IMG/VR virus record: IMGVR_UViG_3300005293_000039
Span: 1-64,000 of that record
DNA: 64,000 nt
From: a virus
Reading direction: 5' to 3' (one strand)
The translations under genes and the position numbers were made by a program. Positions 38,112 through 47,758 of this stretch are shown here, one piece after another. Numbering within the stretch: the first letter of the stretch is position 1; each line of letters opens with the position of its first letter. Under the pieces are notes generated by a model. It did no database searches and was not told where the DNA came from. It saw only the letters and a list, made by a program, of their open reading frames with translations.

Positions 38112-38459
38112 TCTTGGAACCATTCACATCAACGACTACTAACTGACCACCATCAGGTACAGATACTCTGTACGCGCTACTAGCCGCAGGTGACTGTTCG
38201 ACGTCGTTCAGGATCTCGATTATTGAAGGTCGATTTTCGAATGCATCAGGTATCCCGTCATTATTCCTGTCGGGAAATTCTTGATCGGTCATTGTTAGTA
38301 GGTATGACGAGATCCGCGGGGTCGGGAGAAAAGATATAAGCCCCACCATCCACCATATGCGGCAAACTCAGCGCAACTGATTTGACGGAAGTTAAAAGGG
38401 CAAGGCGGTACTTCAAATACTCGATTGGCCATAGCGGAGATTATAAGGCGTGGTTGCTG

Positions 38460-38695
38460 CTAGCTCAAAGCTTTAGTTAATGACGACATACCGAGCGCTG
38501 CTGCCATCAATTCTAGTTCAATGGCTTTTTCAGCCAAATCGTAAATTCTCAGTCTCTTACTACAAACAAGGTCGAAGGCAGTTGCTATCAAATCGCAATT
38601 CTCATCGATGCCATAAAACAGACTTGGGCGAACTGAGAAATCCCTAGCCGCGACCGATAGTTCCAGAACGCTTTCGGGATCCGCGAGAAACGCTT
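38460..38695 (-). CDS. Tail assembly chaperone frameshift extension (gpT-like part)
   Basis: Open +1 frame without a start codon at its 5' end: FLADPESVLELSVAARDFSVRPSLFYGIDENCDLIATAFDLVC...KALS. Confidence 0.65.
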
Positions 38696-39192
38696 TTGAG
38701 GTCTTGCACCTTCATGCTCTCACCCCCTTTGAGTTCCACTTGTGATCCGTCTGCCTGTCCTGTGCCGACTCGAAAGATGAATGTGATGTCACTATCGTCA
38801 AGATACGCAGGATCGAGTTCACCCGGCTCACTTGCACCTTTTACTAACTTAGGCATCACGCAGGCTTGCTGGACCACGCGGGCCATCAGTTCGATGCTAC
38901 GTCGACTCTCGCGGATCTTCTTTTCAAGTTCGGTATCTTCAGACCCGTTCTCTTCGTCATCGTCTTTTGTTGGAAGTTCAACCCCTTGCTCGGCCCACGC
39001 ATTTAATGCGTCCTTTGAGAAAATATCGGGCATTGAGCCGACAACCGCATAAGCCACCGCGCCCACGCGTCGGATTAAAAATCGCTCCCCTGTTTCCGGG
39101 TTGGTATGCCATTTGGGCGCAACCTTTTCGAGCCGTTCGGCCTTGCGTTTAAGATACTCCGCCGCGTTCCACTCTTGTTTTTGTTTACTCAT
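38644..39192 (-). CDS. Tail assembly chaperone (gpG-like)
   Basis: Between tail tube and tape measure; ACVMPKL...LDDSD..FIF. Confidence 0.75.
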   Translation of the reverse strand: MSKQKQEWNAAEYLKRKAERLEKVAPKWHTNPETGERFLIRRVGAVAYAVVGSMPDIFSKDALNAWAEQGVELPTKDDDEENGSEDTELEKKIRESRRSIELMARVVQQACVMPKLVKGASEPGELDPAYLDDSDITFIFRVGTGQADGSQVELKGGESMKVQDLKSVSRGSRKRSGTIGRG

Positions 39193-40061
39193 TAAGGTGC
39201 TGGATTAATAACCAGAGTAAAGGATTTTGTTTGAGTCGCTCCGTTTGAGTCCTCAGCTTGCACAGTAAACGTAGAACTGCCATCCACAGAAGGAGTGCCG
39301 GAGATCACGCCCGCCGAACTCAATGTAAGCCCTGCGGGTAGCGTGCCGGTCGTCACCGTCCACGTATAAGGACTCACGCCACCGGTCGCCGCCAACGTTT
39401 CGGAGTAGGCCACGCCGTCGTCGCCTTCAGGCAGAGGTGAGGCGTTAGTGATCGTTAGGAGAGCTTCAATCACGAATGAACGCCAAACCTGATCGCCGTC
39501 ATCCCGCGTGTCATCGGACAATCCCTTGATGACCATGTTCTGTTTGGCGCGTTCTGTCTTTTTGAACACGAGTTTGTATGGAGTGCTGTTATAGCCCTTA
39601 TGCAGAATTGCGCCGATATAGCCCCCGCTCTTTTCTTTTGAGATCACAACAACGGGAGCAGGCGAAAGCGATACTCGTGAGCCGCCTGCCGTGACCCTTT
39701 TCGTTGTGGTTCCAGTTACGGTGTTTTCGGAGTACTCAACGCCTGGCTGTAATGCGGCGAATCGCTGAATATCGACAACTTCAAGCGCGTCGAAGGCGAT
39801 CTGCGCGTTCCACCCGTCGACGCCAACATCGAAAGGCGCATCGATCTCGTCGTAAGTTTCTTCAACAATCGTGGGTTCAGCAGTAAAGTCGTAACCAGCA
39901 TCTGTGGCTCCGATAAATACCGCGTCGGGATTCTGAGTGGCATCAGGCACGCCATTCTCATCAACGATCAAGTCCTCATCGAAATCCAGTGACTTGATGT
40001 TGTAATAGAGTTTTCCGTGCTTGCGATGAAACTTTTGGGGATTTGCGTCACCTAATGCCAT
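39192..40061 (-). CDS. Major tail tube protein with C-terminal Ig-like domain
   Basis: IGATDAG tube motif; LTITNASPLP...YSETLAATGG..PYTW...LPAGLTLSS.G.ISGTP Ig domain. Confidence 0.85.
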   Translation of the reverse strand: MALGDANPQKFHRKHGKLYYNIKSLDFDEDLIVDENGVPDATQNPDAVFIGATDAGYDFTAEPTIVEETYDEIDAPFDVGVDGWNAQIAFDALEVVDIQRFAALQPGVEYSENTVTGTTTKRVTAGGSRVSLSPAPVVVISKEKSGGYIGAILHKGYNSTPYKLVFKKTERAKQNMVIKGLSDDTRDDGDQVWRSFVIEALLTITNASPLPEGDDGVAYSETLAATGGVSPYTWTVTTGTLPAGLTLSSAGVISGTPSVDGSSTFTVQAEDSNGATQTKSFTLVINPAP

Positions 40062-40071
40062 TAGTTTTCTC

Positions 40072-40596
40072 CTATCCTCTTTCGACTTCTCTGTAAGAGA
40101 TCGTTGCGATTACACTGCCTACCTGAACGTATGTGTTTTCACTGTCGTATTGCGGACGCTCGCCATAGCGCTCGCCTTTTACCGTGAGAAGCATTTCTTC
40201 TCGGCTGTTCATATTGATACCACGTGTTAGATCCTGATCGGTCATTTCCGTCAGTACTGACTTAACCATCAGCACGTATATCTCAGTTAATTCAAATAAC
40301 GCTTCTTGATCTGTGGCTATGGTCTCGACTTCGATTAAGAGACTTTTGTTTTCGTCATAGTCGCCGCCGTCAGTCACCCTCGGATCGCCGCCGGGAAAGA
40401 GAACATTGCAGATCGGATGTTCATCCCGAACAGCACGGGCAATAAATACATTCGCGAGCGGCGGCAAGGTTCCCGTAATACCTGATTGACTCGCCGCCCA
40501 AGCTAATGCTTCGACTTGGTTCGCGAGGATCTCGCTCACGATGTTGTCGCGAAACGGCTTGATCGATAGAAAGTTGAACCTCGGTAGCCATGTCAT
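40072..40596 (-). CDS. Putative tail terminator / completion protein
   Basis: Position before the tail tube gene. Confidence 0.55.
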   Translation of the reverse strand: MTWLPRFNFLSIKPFRDNIVSEILANQVEALAWAASQSGITGTLPPLANVFIARAVRDEHPICNVLFPGGDPRVTDGGDYDENKSLLIEVETIATDQEALFELTEIYVLMVKSVLTEMTDQDLTRGINMNSREEMLLTVKGERYGERPQYDSENTYVQVGSVIATISYREVERG

Positions 40597-41057
40597 TTGA
40601 CTTCAAAGCCTAACGCCTGACTTTCTTCTTTCAATTTATCTTTCGCTACGTCACCCATGCGCTGGTAATCCTCTTTGTCAAACATAAAGACGGGACGCTT
40701 CTTACTTGCGAATCTCGAATAGTGAACCGATGAACCGAGCAATAATGAATCTCTCCCTTGTGCTGTGTGAATGTTCATCGTCGCATTCTTTTTCATCAGC
40801 GAAGTTACCAGTGCAGTAGTGGCTTGCATGATTGGCTTGTCACCGAACTTTTCAAGCTTTTCTTCTCGATATGCGGGAGTCAACTCCGGCCACTGTCCCC
40901 GACCTTCGCTATTAAAGATCTCTTGAACGATCGGATAGAACGCACGCTCCGCAACTGTTTCGAGGATCGGTTGAGGCTCTTCAATCTTTCGGGCTAATTG
41001 AATTAGCGCTGACTGAATCGAATCTAAGCCAATTACTTCGACAGAGAATCTCACCAC
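40593..41057 (-). CDS. Neck / virion morphogenesis protein (Mu gpG-like)
   Basis: F.SEG...WPELTPAY...K, T..LV.SL, GSSVHY, RP; GTG start near 41054-41057. Confidence 0.7.
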   Translation of the reverse strand: MVRFSVEVIGLDSIQSALIQLARKIEEPQPILETVAERAFYPIVQEIFNSEGRGQWPELTPAYREEKLEKFGDKPIMQATTALVTSLMKKNATMNIHTAQGRDSLLLGSSVHYSRFASKKRPVFMFDKEDYQRMGDVAKDKLKEESQALGFEVK

Positions 41058-41278
41058 GGTCCGTCCCTCAAAATAATGTCTCTCATGGGTCCGCCCTTTC
41101 GGAAATCCTCCACAACAACATGGATGATGTGCTTCGTATCTGACATCGTACTCACGGCCTCTGGCCCTTTGAACGGATGCGTATCGGTTATTTGGTACGG
41201 CCGACTCGAAACAGTCGCGGCAGCGGTCGTGCCAACAATGCCCACACCCAGCGCTTTTAGTAGTTCCCTTCGATTCAT
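41051..41278 (-). CDS. Small protein with twin-arginine (Tat) signal
   Basis: MNRRELLKALGVGIVGTTAAA; ATGA and GTGA overlaps with both neighbours. Confidence 0.6.
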   Translation of the reverse strand: MNRRELLKALGVGIVGTTAAATVSSRPYQITDTHPFKGPEAVSTMSDTKHIIHVVVEDFRKGGPMRDIILRDGPW

Positions 41279-41631
41279 TTGATTGCCCCGGTCTTAATCT
41301 CTTTCGTAAAGAAGGTCCACACTCGAGGTTCGCCCTGCGGCGGATCCTGGCTATCAACCTTGCAGTAGTTCGCTCCCCACCTGAGCCGATTCACTCGAGA
41401 GGTCACGTTGGTTGTCAGTCCTGATTGATCACCGACCTCGATCTTGAACAACGTCTCAATCTGCCCTCTTAACCGCTCTTCTGAGGGACACCATCCGTCC
41501 TCGAGCTCTGCTAACAAAGTCACCCCCCCGGTTAGCTTTTCAAAGAACTGCAACTTGATATTCCCGAGCTTTAATCGCGCCCGTTTCCGGTCCAGCATTC
41601 GCGATGTAAGTCTTGTCCGATCAACAGGCAT
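41275..41631 (-). CDS. Putative head closure protein
   Basis: Size and position. Confidence 0.5.
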   Translation of the reverse strand: MPVDRTRLTSRMLDRKRARLKLGNIKLQFFEKLTGGVTLLAELEDGWCPSEERLRGQIETLFKIEVGDQSGLTTNVTSRVNRLRWGANYCKVDSQDPPQGEPRVWTFFTKEIKTGAIK

Positions 41632-42006
41632 CTAAAAGACCGCTGTGTTTTCAATTGCGAAACTATCGGCACCTGATTGAGTCCCGCCTATCGTGATTCC
41701 TGAAACCTTTCCTGCCCAGATGTTGCGCATCTCAAGGCAGTGGTCATAGATCTCATTCTCGTCACCCGCAAATAATTCCACTGCGGCGGCTAATTTCCAC
41801 TCCCAACCTTGGGCGATCGCGGCGTTAAGTGACTCAAAGGTGTATGTTTCAACGTATCCGGTTCCCCCCGGACTTACCCCATTAATATCTACCGCCCGCG
41901 CAAGGAGAAGCAGTGTCTCTCTTTTGTTTTCCGTAAGCCGGGGCTCACTGTCCCATTCAAGGCTGAACTCCAGGTAATTCTGCGCTGCTGTGGGATCAAT
42001 CGGCAT
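41632..42006 (-). CDS. Putative head-tail connector
   Basis: Size and position; LNAAIAQGWEWK. Confidence 0.6.
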   Translation of the reverse strand: MPIDPTAAQNYLEFSLEWDSEPRLTENKRETLLLLARAVDINGVSPGGTGYVETYTFESLNAAIAQGWEWKLAAAVELFAGDENEIYDHCLEMRNIWAGKVSGITIGGTQSGADSFAIENTAVF

Positions 42007-42010
42007 CGAA

Positions 42011-42631
42011 TTAAAATGTCAACACTGTGGCCCGCACTGTAGCAGCCGCAGGATCCGCAGTAATGGTTCCGGTTACGTTGCAGCGTCTTACGCTTACAGT
42101 TCCATTAGCACTGACCCAGCCAAAGAACGTTGTACTCTCCGTAGCCCCATCGACATCAGCCAATGCGTCTGGTATTCCAAGCGACACGGAACTGCCGGTA
42201 GTTGAATTTGTGACCGGGATTGTCAGTGTCTCGCAGGAATTCGCTGCCAGCGCAGTGAAATCAAGAGATGCGGTTCCTGAGGTGAGTCTTAAGAGTGTTC
42301 CATTGCCCGAGCCAACTGAGAGTCCGCCGGCTGCGGTTGTAACGCCTGTTACGCCTAACGTTGTACTGACTGTCTCGGCTCCCGTTATTGACGTCGCTCC
42401 CGTGATTCCGGTTGCGCCAGTGATTGTGGTGGCACCCGTGATCGAGGTTGCGCCAACTACGTTTGTTGGCCCTGTAATGGTAGTTGCCTGTCCGGTCTGG
42501 GGCGTGATAACAACCCCTCCAGATCCGGTGATATCAATCAGCCCGCCGTGCTTTCTGAGCCGCTGGCCTATGACGGTTACAGAGCCGGTCAGAAGTAGCA
42601 GGGAAGTAATAAGTATCAGAGTACGTTTCAT
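42011..42631 (-). CDS. Head-region protein with signal-peptide-like N-terminus and hexapeptide ITGA(T/S) repeats
   Basis: MKRTLILITSLLLLTGSVTVIG; TTITGP TNVVGA TSITGA TTITGA TGITGA TSITGA. Confidence 0.65.
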   Translation of the reverse strand: MKRTLILITSLLLLTGSVTVIGQRLRKHGGLIDITGSGGVVITPQTGQATTITGPTNVVGATSITGATTITGATGITGATSITGAETVSTTLGVTGVTTAAGGLSVGSGNGTLLRLTSGTASLDFTALAANSCETLTIPVTNSTTGSSVSLGIPDALADVDGATESTTFFGWVSANGTVSVRRCNVTGTITADPAAATVRATVLTF

Positions 42632-42835
42632 TTACTTCTCCTTCTTTGCGGACTTGCTTTTATCTTCGGGCTCTGGAGCCGTCCCAGACCATTTGCCCTC
42701 GATGTAGCCCTTAGCTGTCAACCGTTTGACTTCGGATGAACTAAGTAGAGCATCAAGCTCATCTTCTTTGCCTGATACGTAGGTTGTTCCTCCTACGACG
42801 ACGCCGCGAATGATTTTGCGATCACTGTTTGCCAT
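42632..42835 (-). CDS. Small post-capsid protein
   Basis: GGAGG RBS; directly after the major capsid gene. Confidence 0.65.
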   Translation of the reverse strand: MANSDRKIIRGVVVGGTTYVSGKEDELDALLSSSEVKRLTAKGYIEGKWSGTAPEPEDKSKSAKKEK

Positions 42836-42852
42836 TTACCTTTAATCCTCCG

Positions 42853-43908
42853 TTATACGCCCGCATCGATAACCCATACTTTCGACTCATCCGGAACTGG
42901 CATGGCGTTCAGTTGCGCTTCGACCTCTAATTCGCGTGCGGCATTTTCAGTGTGGTGAAAGATCGTTACCCCGCGCACATCGATCGAGGCCTCGGGAACC
43001 TGAGTGCTCAATTCCATAGCTCGGACGACAGGCGCGAACGCGGCCCTGCCAACGGCCCTACCAGCAGGAATGAACGCAACTTGTTCTGCGGGCCACACCT
43101 TTGTTCGGGTGACAGCGGTGCCGCCATCGGTGAACACGTCCACCGAGTTTTCGTTGATGAAAAACTGAAACGGACCGCCAAGATCCTGTTGAATGCGATC
43201 TGTAAGTTGCGAACGCGACATCTTGACACCATTCGGAAGATCAGGAGCGTCCGCGAGAATTTCCTTGTAAGTCGCGAGGCGCATCATTGCTCCCTCGCCA
43301 GGACCGGATGCCTCTACGCCATCCTCAAACCACTGGATAAACGCGTCGTAAGCATTTGGTGCCGCTGCCCACGTCGGCGAGGCCGTTGCTAAACGGGCCG
43401 CATCGAAGCCGAAAGACACAGTGAAGGTCTGTGCGGCGTTCTGCGGGTTTCGCTGCACGATCATTCCGGTGGTCCACGCCGACATCGAATCCAGCTCTAA
43501 GCGACGATAGTCTGAGATCGCCAAACGATCTGTACGATCTGGAAGACGGACACCGATCACCTGTTCGATGATGGCCTGATTAACACCGAAGGTGCCCTCC
43601 ATTAAGTACTGCATTTCGAGTTCGTCGATCTTGTCGTATGCCTCAATCGGCACCATGACCAGCTTGCGTTGTGCGGGCGTTAGCTTTGGAATCAAACGAC
43701 CACGAGCCCCCCACTCACGCCGATCTGCCGCAGGCCGATCATCAAGAGTATTAATCTCGCTCAGTCTTATTGAGTCAACGTCTTCTCGTGGGAAGAAAAT
43801 ATCCCAAAGAAGCCTTCCGTTGTCGTTTGGGGAAAGCGTTTGTGCCCTTACCGTCAGGGCCGCAGGACTCAATGTTTCAACTTGAGCCATCCATGAAAAA
43901 TCAGCCAT
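42853..43908 (-). CDS. Major capsid protein
   Basis: 351 aa after scaffold and decoration genes; FFP near N-terminus and C-terminal AMPV resemble lambda gpE-like capsids. Confidence 0.8.
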   Translation of the reverse strand: MADFSWMAQVETLSPAALTVRAQTLSPNDNGRLLWDIFFPREDVDSIRLSEINTLDDRPAADRREWGARGRLIPKLTPAQRKLVMVPIEAYDKIDELEMQYLMEGTFGVNQAIIEQVIGVRLPDRTDRLAISDYRRLELDSMSAWTTGMIVQRNPQNAAQTFTVSFGFDAARLATASPTWAAAPNAYDAFIQWFEDGVEASGPGEGAMMRLATYKEILADAPDLPNGVKMSRSQLTDRIQQDLGGPFQFFINENSVDVFTDGGTAVTRTKVWPAEQVAFIPAGRAVGRAAFAPVVRAMELSTQVPEASIDVRGVTIFHHTENAARELEVEAQLNAMPVPDESKVWVIDAGV

Positions 43909-43962
43909 CGTTATTCTCCTAAGCTAATAGTTGCGATCCTTTAATCGGTTCTCCAGAGGGAC

Positions 43963-44373
43963 TTAAGTCGCCGATAGTGCGATCTTTGATCCCGCCGCAT
44001 CGAATCCCGCAATCTCATTTGCCGTAAGCGCGCGGCCCAGATTGTCTTCAATCACATCGCGGTTGACGTGACCAATTGTATTGACCGTTATAATCGGATC
44101 CGCAGTGACGGCCGCCAACGTTGTGTTGGTAGGATTAGCCGGAACTATCTTCTGCGCTTCAAAGGTTACGCCGTAGACAAATGCTGGTGACGCGCCTACG
44201 AGGACGCCGGTTTTTGTCAATGGCACTCCCGGTTTCAGATAGCCGAATTGATCGACTTCATTGGTAGTCAATCCTGAGACATCGACCGTGATCTGAGCCG
44301 GATGATTTACGCCGCCGATAAAGGGGTTGCTATTCGTCATCCCCCCGGCCGTTTTTTCTACTAACATAGGCAT
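43963..44373 (-). CDS. Head decoration protein
   Basis: GYLKPGVPL motif; directly before capsid gene. Confidence 0.7.
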   Translation of the reverse strand: MPMLVEKTAGGMTNSNPFIGGVNHPAQITVDVSGLTTNEVDQFGYLKPGVPLTKTGVLVGASPAFVYGVTFEAQKIVPANPTNTTLAAVTADPIITVNTIGHVNRDVIEDNLGRALTANEIAGFDAAGSKIALSAT

Positions 44374-44385
44374 AATCGATTTCTC

Positions 44386-45189
44386 CTATTGAGCTGTAGA
44401 CATATGCAGTCGCTTTTCCAGCGGTTCTGTAACGATCTGTTGCTTTTGCTTCTCTTCCGCTTTCTTGCGGATTTGGTCGTAAATGTTCGTGCCGGAAGAG
44501 CCGCCATCTGCCCTTTGGCTGGGTACTCTTGTTCCAGTCGGAACCGCGTCATCGGTAAGCGGGATTCCGAGATCCTTCCAATGATTGTCGGAGTACTCAG
44601 ACAACGTCACCCACTTGTTGTTGTCCTTGACGTGCCATTCTTTTTTGGATGTGGTCTTCCCGTTTTCCGTGACCGTGACGTCGCGTTCTTCGTAAGTAAG
44701 ACCGCCCGCATCTTTGTCCAAGAGCTGAAGGCGTTTCAGGTTCAGCTTCTTGCCGCCGATTCCAGACTCTGCGACTTGTTGTAATTGCTGCGCTTTTTTC
44801 AGCGAAGCGTTCTCAGTTTCCAGAGTTGGCAAAGCCGTAAGCTTCGTCTTAATACTTTCGACCTTCGCCTTCATGTCCGCGCCTTCACCCAACTCTTTTA
44901 CTGAATCCAATAACTTGGCTTCGTCGGCCGGGATCGCAACGTGGCCACTTGGAAGTGTGGGTTGATTCTCTGCCGCTGTTTTCAATCGCGTGACTTCCGC
45001 TTCTGCGGTAGCCGCTCGCGTGTTGGCTGCTTTTACCTCGTTCTTCTTTTCTTCTGCCAGTGTGGTGTTTTGCGCCTGCACTGGATGCTCACCATCCAAC
45101 TCAAGGACGTAGCGATCACCGATCTTTTTGTAGTGCTGACGATCTCCTTCTGGAATTTCGTCAATCGTTTTGTAGGTTGATTTCAACAT
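44386..45189 (-). CDS. Capsid scaffolding protein
   Basis: MLKSTYKTIDEIPE...HYKK..DRYVL, coiled coil, Gly-rich C-terminal linker. Confidence 0.75.
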   Translation of the reverse strand: MLKSTYKTIDEIPEGDRQHYKKIGDRYVLELDGEHPVQAQNTTLAEEKKNEVKAANTRAATAEAEVTRLKTAAENQPTLPSGHVAIPADEAKLLDSVKELGEGADMKAKVESIKTKLTALPTLETENASLKKAQQLQQVAESGIGGKKLNLKRLQLLDKDAGGLTYEERDVTVTENGKTTSKKEWHVKDNNKWVTLSEYSDNHWKDLGIPLTDDAVPTGTRVPSQRADGGSSGTNIYDQIRKKAEEKQKQQIVTEPLEKRLHMSTAQ

Positions 45190-45536
45190 GTGAACTTCTG
45201 TTCTCCTGTTGTGTCTTGGATCTCCGAGACGGGTTGTTCGACTCGGGACGCAATGGTGCCCGCTGGTACTGCGTCCCAATCGACGTAGTCAATGCAGTCT
45301 GGCGGCGTGGCGCTGAGGTAAACAGGCTGGAGCGGTTGATTGAACGTATTCACCGCCAGATAAATGTAGCCCTGCTCAGTGACCAGCCGCTTTTCTTCGT
45401 CGGTCAGCTCCCAGCGAGTCAGGATCTTGCCGTTGACGCACTTAAACGCGGGCAAAGGCTGGTATTCTGGCTGATCTGCCGCATACACAACCTCATCCAT
45501 TAGGACTCCTGGAATTACCGGACTTACTGGTTTCAT
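45183..45536 (-). CDS. Conserved phage protein
   Basis: DQPEYQPLPA...ILTRWELTDEE...QPLQPV. Confidence 0.7.
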   Translation of the reverse strand: MKPVSPVIPGVLMDEVVYAADQPEYQPLPAFKCVNGKILTRWELTDEEKRLVTEQGYIYLAVNTFNQPLQPVYLSATPPDCIDYVDWDAVPAGTIASRVEQPVSEIQDTTGEQKFTC

Positions 45537-45570
45537 AAAGCCTTCTGGCTTCCTTTCTCGCTTCTGCGAG

Positions 45571-45620
45571 CAAAAACAGAAACGCCTCGCAAAGACCATT
45601 GCTGATCTCTGCGAGGCGCA
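45571..45620 (-). terminator. Terminator-like hairpin in the head-gene leader
   Basis: CGCCTCGCAGAG...CTTTGCGAGGCG followed by TTTCTGTTTTT. Confidence 0.6.
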
Positions 45621-46547
45621 TCACTTCTCGATTTGTACGGCTCTAAAGCCGCAACTGCCTAGATTTCAAAACTAAACTCGGGGAGAGAATAGCACACGCG
45701 CCGAGTTATATATTTTTCACTCCGCAACCATGTAGTGCCGCACACTGCGATTTTCTATCCAAACAAGTGCGTCCATGACTGGCTGAACCTTCATCAGGTG
45801 CTCACGATGTAACGCCGAAAGCTCGCGATCCGAAAGACGGATACTTCCGCGCGGCTGCATTCTGCTGCGAGTCTCCTGCTCCATGTCCCGTAAAATGCGC
45901 AGAAACGGTTCGCGCGCCTTTAAGGTTTCAGGTGAATCCAAGATCGTGATTTGCATATCTCAAACCTCAGGCGCGTTTACCATTCGAATGAAGGTAAGGT
46001 ATTGCTCGGCAATCCCCTTGACCCACGACGCGTTGTAAAACCCTTGGCGCTCAATCTCCGTATCGTTTGGATCTGCGGAAAGGCAATAAAGTGGGGTTTG
46101 GTCACAGTCTCGTGCGTGATGAACAACCCAAAGACGAACGCCGTTATTGAATTCCACTAAAGTGCCAATCGAATACTTATGAGTCTTCGCGGCGTCTTGA
46201 CCCGGATTGCTGTTAGGTAGCATAAGCATCGCGCCCGTCGGCAGCAAGTCGTTTACGGTTATCTCAAACGGCGGCTTCGGTTCGTTTTCCACGTTTTGAA
46301 TCATACCAGAGAGGCGGGGACCGGCACAGATGCCGTAGCTTTTACTCTGCGTTTTATTGCCTCGTTCTCTGACATACGTTTGCACTTATAGCAGAGAGGT
46401 TCAGGGAATAGTAGTAGCCACGAATGCCTCCGAAGATGGTCACGAATCAGCGTCTTAATGTACGGTGTTATGGGTAGCCCGCCGTCAAATGAGTAGTGGC
46501 GAATAAGTCTGCGCAGGTATCTGAACTGAGAATGTTTCACTGTTGAA

Positions 46548-46736
46548 TTATACAGAATACACAGGCACCGGAACCATCTGTTTTACCGGCCTCCACGTTA
46601 TTTGTCGCCCGCACTTTGAGCACTGCATCTTTACTGGTTGACTAATCTTGACCACATCAAGAGACAAAACCCTATCAGACGATTCGCCCAATTGGTTCTT
46701 ACAGTGACGACAGAGGTAGGGCTTTGAATTCAGCAT
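46548..46736 (-). CDS. Com-like zinc-ribbon regulator
   Basis: YLCRHCKNQLG...MQCSKCGRQ, 62 aa. Confidence 0.55.
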   Translation of the reverse strand: MLNSKPYLCRHCKNQLGESSDRVLSLDVVKISQPVKMQCSKCGRQITWRPVKQMVPVPVYSV

Positions 46737-46904
46737 GGCTACGTCGATTTCAACTCTCGCACGCGACGCTCAAACTCGCGGCGCTCTCTCAGCGTCCAAA
46801 GGTGTCCAGCATTGGCCAACGCTAACCCATAGCCGTCAAGGCGCGGCAAAGTCCTTATTCTCCGTATCGTAGCAATGATTGCTGGGGTTGATAAATACAT
46901 GCGA

Positions 46905-47384
46905 TCATCTGTCTTTCGTGCTTGATAGATCCTCGTACAGGCCCAACTCGTAGCACTTCTGCGTGAATTGCCGGCACATCACGCCCAACGCATAACAGAA
47001 GCGTTCTTCCGGGCCGTCATGCTCCATAACCGCCAGTCTCGCGCCCTCACTAAAGCTCTTATCGGTTGCTTGCTCAAGTCTAATCTTACGTCGCTCAGCA
47101 AATGCGAAGGCTGCGTGGGTTAACTCATGCGACACGATCTCTATGCCAAGTCGATTTCTGTTAAAGTTAGCCTCCGCAAATAGTCCAGTCTTTCGCATAC
47201 GCCCCTTCGCTGGAACCTGATACGCAATGCGGCCACCGCAGCATGCCTCATAGTTGTGTCCGGGCAATCGTGTGTGCGCGTGCATTGCCTTTTTGTTAGG
47301 CCAGATATTGATTTCAGCGTAGAGAAATGTTCCTTCGGGGTAAAGTCGAAACGTGATCGGCTTTGCATGACGCTTCTTACTCAT
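46905..47384 (-). CDS. HExxH putative metalloprotein
   Basis: VSHELTHAA...EERFCY. Confidence 0.6.
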   Translation of the reverse strand: MSKKRHAKPITFRLYPEGTFLYAEINIWPNKKAMHAHTRLPGHNYEACCGGRIAYQVPAKGRMRKTGLFAEANFNRNRLGIEIVSHELTHAAFAFAERRKIRLEQATDKSFSEGARLAVMEHDGPEERFCYALGVMCRQFTQKCYELGLYEDLSSTKDR

Positions 47385-47749
47385 TTCTTTCGCTTCCGAG
47401 CAAGTCCCGCCCTCTTTAGCGCAATCGCTACCTTCTGCTTCTTCGGCATTGACGCGTTCTCTTGGTTCAACTTGCGGATAACCTTACTGACAACCTTCTG
47501 TCGTGCCTTTTTCTTCGATCCTTTTCTGGCTTTTGGTAATGGCATTGCAGCGTATCGCCTAGCCGCTGACGTTGCGCGATTGTCACGCCGCATCGCGATA
47601 CCAAGTCTGTTGTTTGCCTCAATTGCAAATGACATCAGATGAACCAGCCCGCAGTCACAGCACATAAGCTTTAATAACTCAAACGAGCGTCTCCCGGCCC
47701 TATTCAGTTCAATTGCGTCTACGTCAACTCCGATGCGAGGATATCTCAT
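47381..47749 (-). CDS. CCDCGLVH protein with highly basic C-terminal domain
   Basis: CCDCGLVH...RRDNRAT then MPLPKARKGS...QKVAIALKRAG. Confidence 0.6.
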   Translation of the reverse strand: MRYPRIGVDVDAIELNRAGRRSFELLKLMCCDCGLVHLMSFAIEANNRLGIAMRRDNRATSAARRYAAMPLPKARKGSKKKARQKVVSKVIRKLNQENASMPKKQKVAIALKRAGLARKRKK

Positions 47750-47758
47750 AGCCGAATC

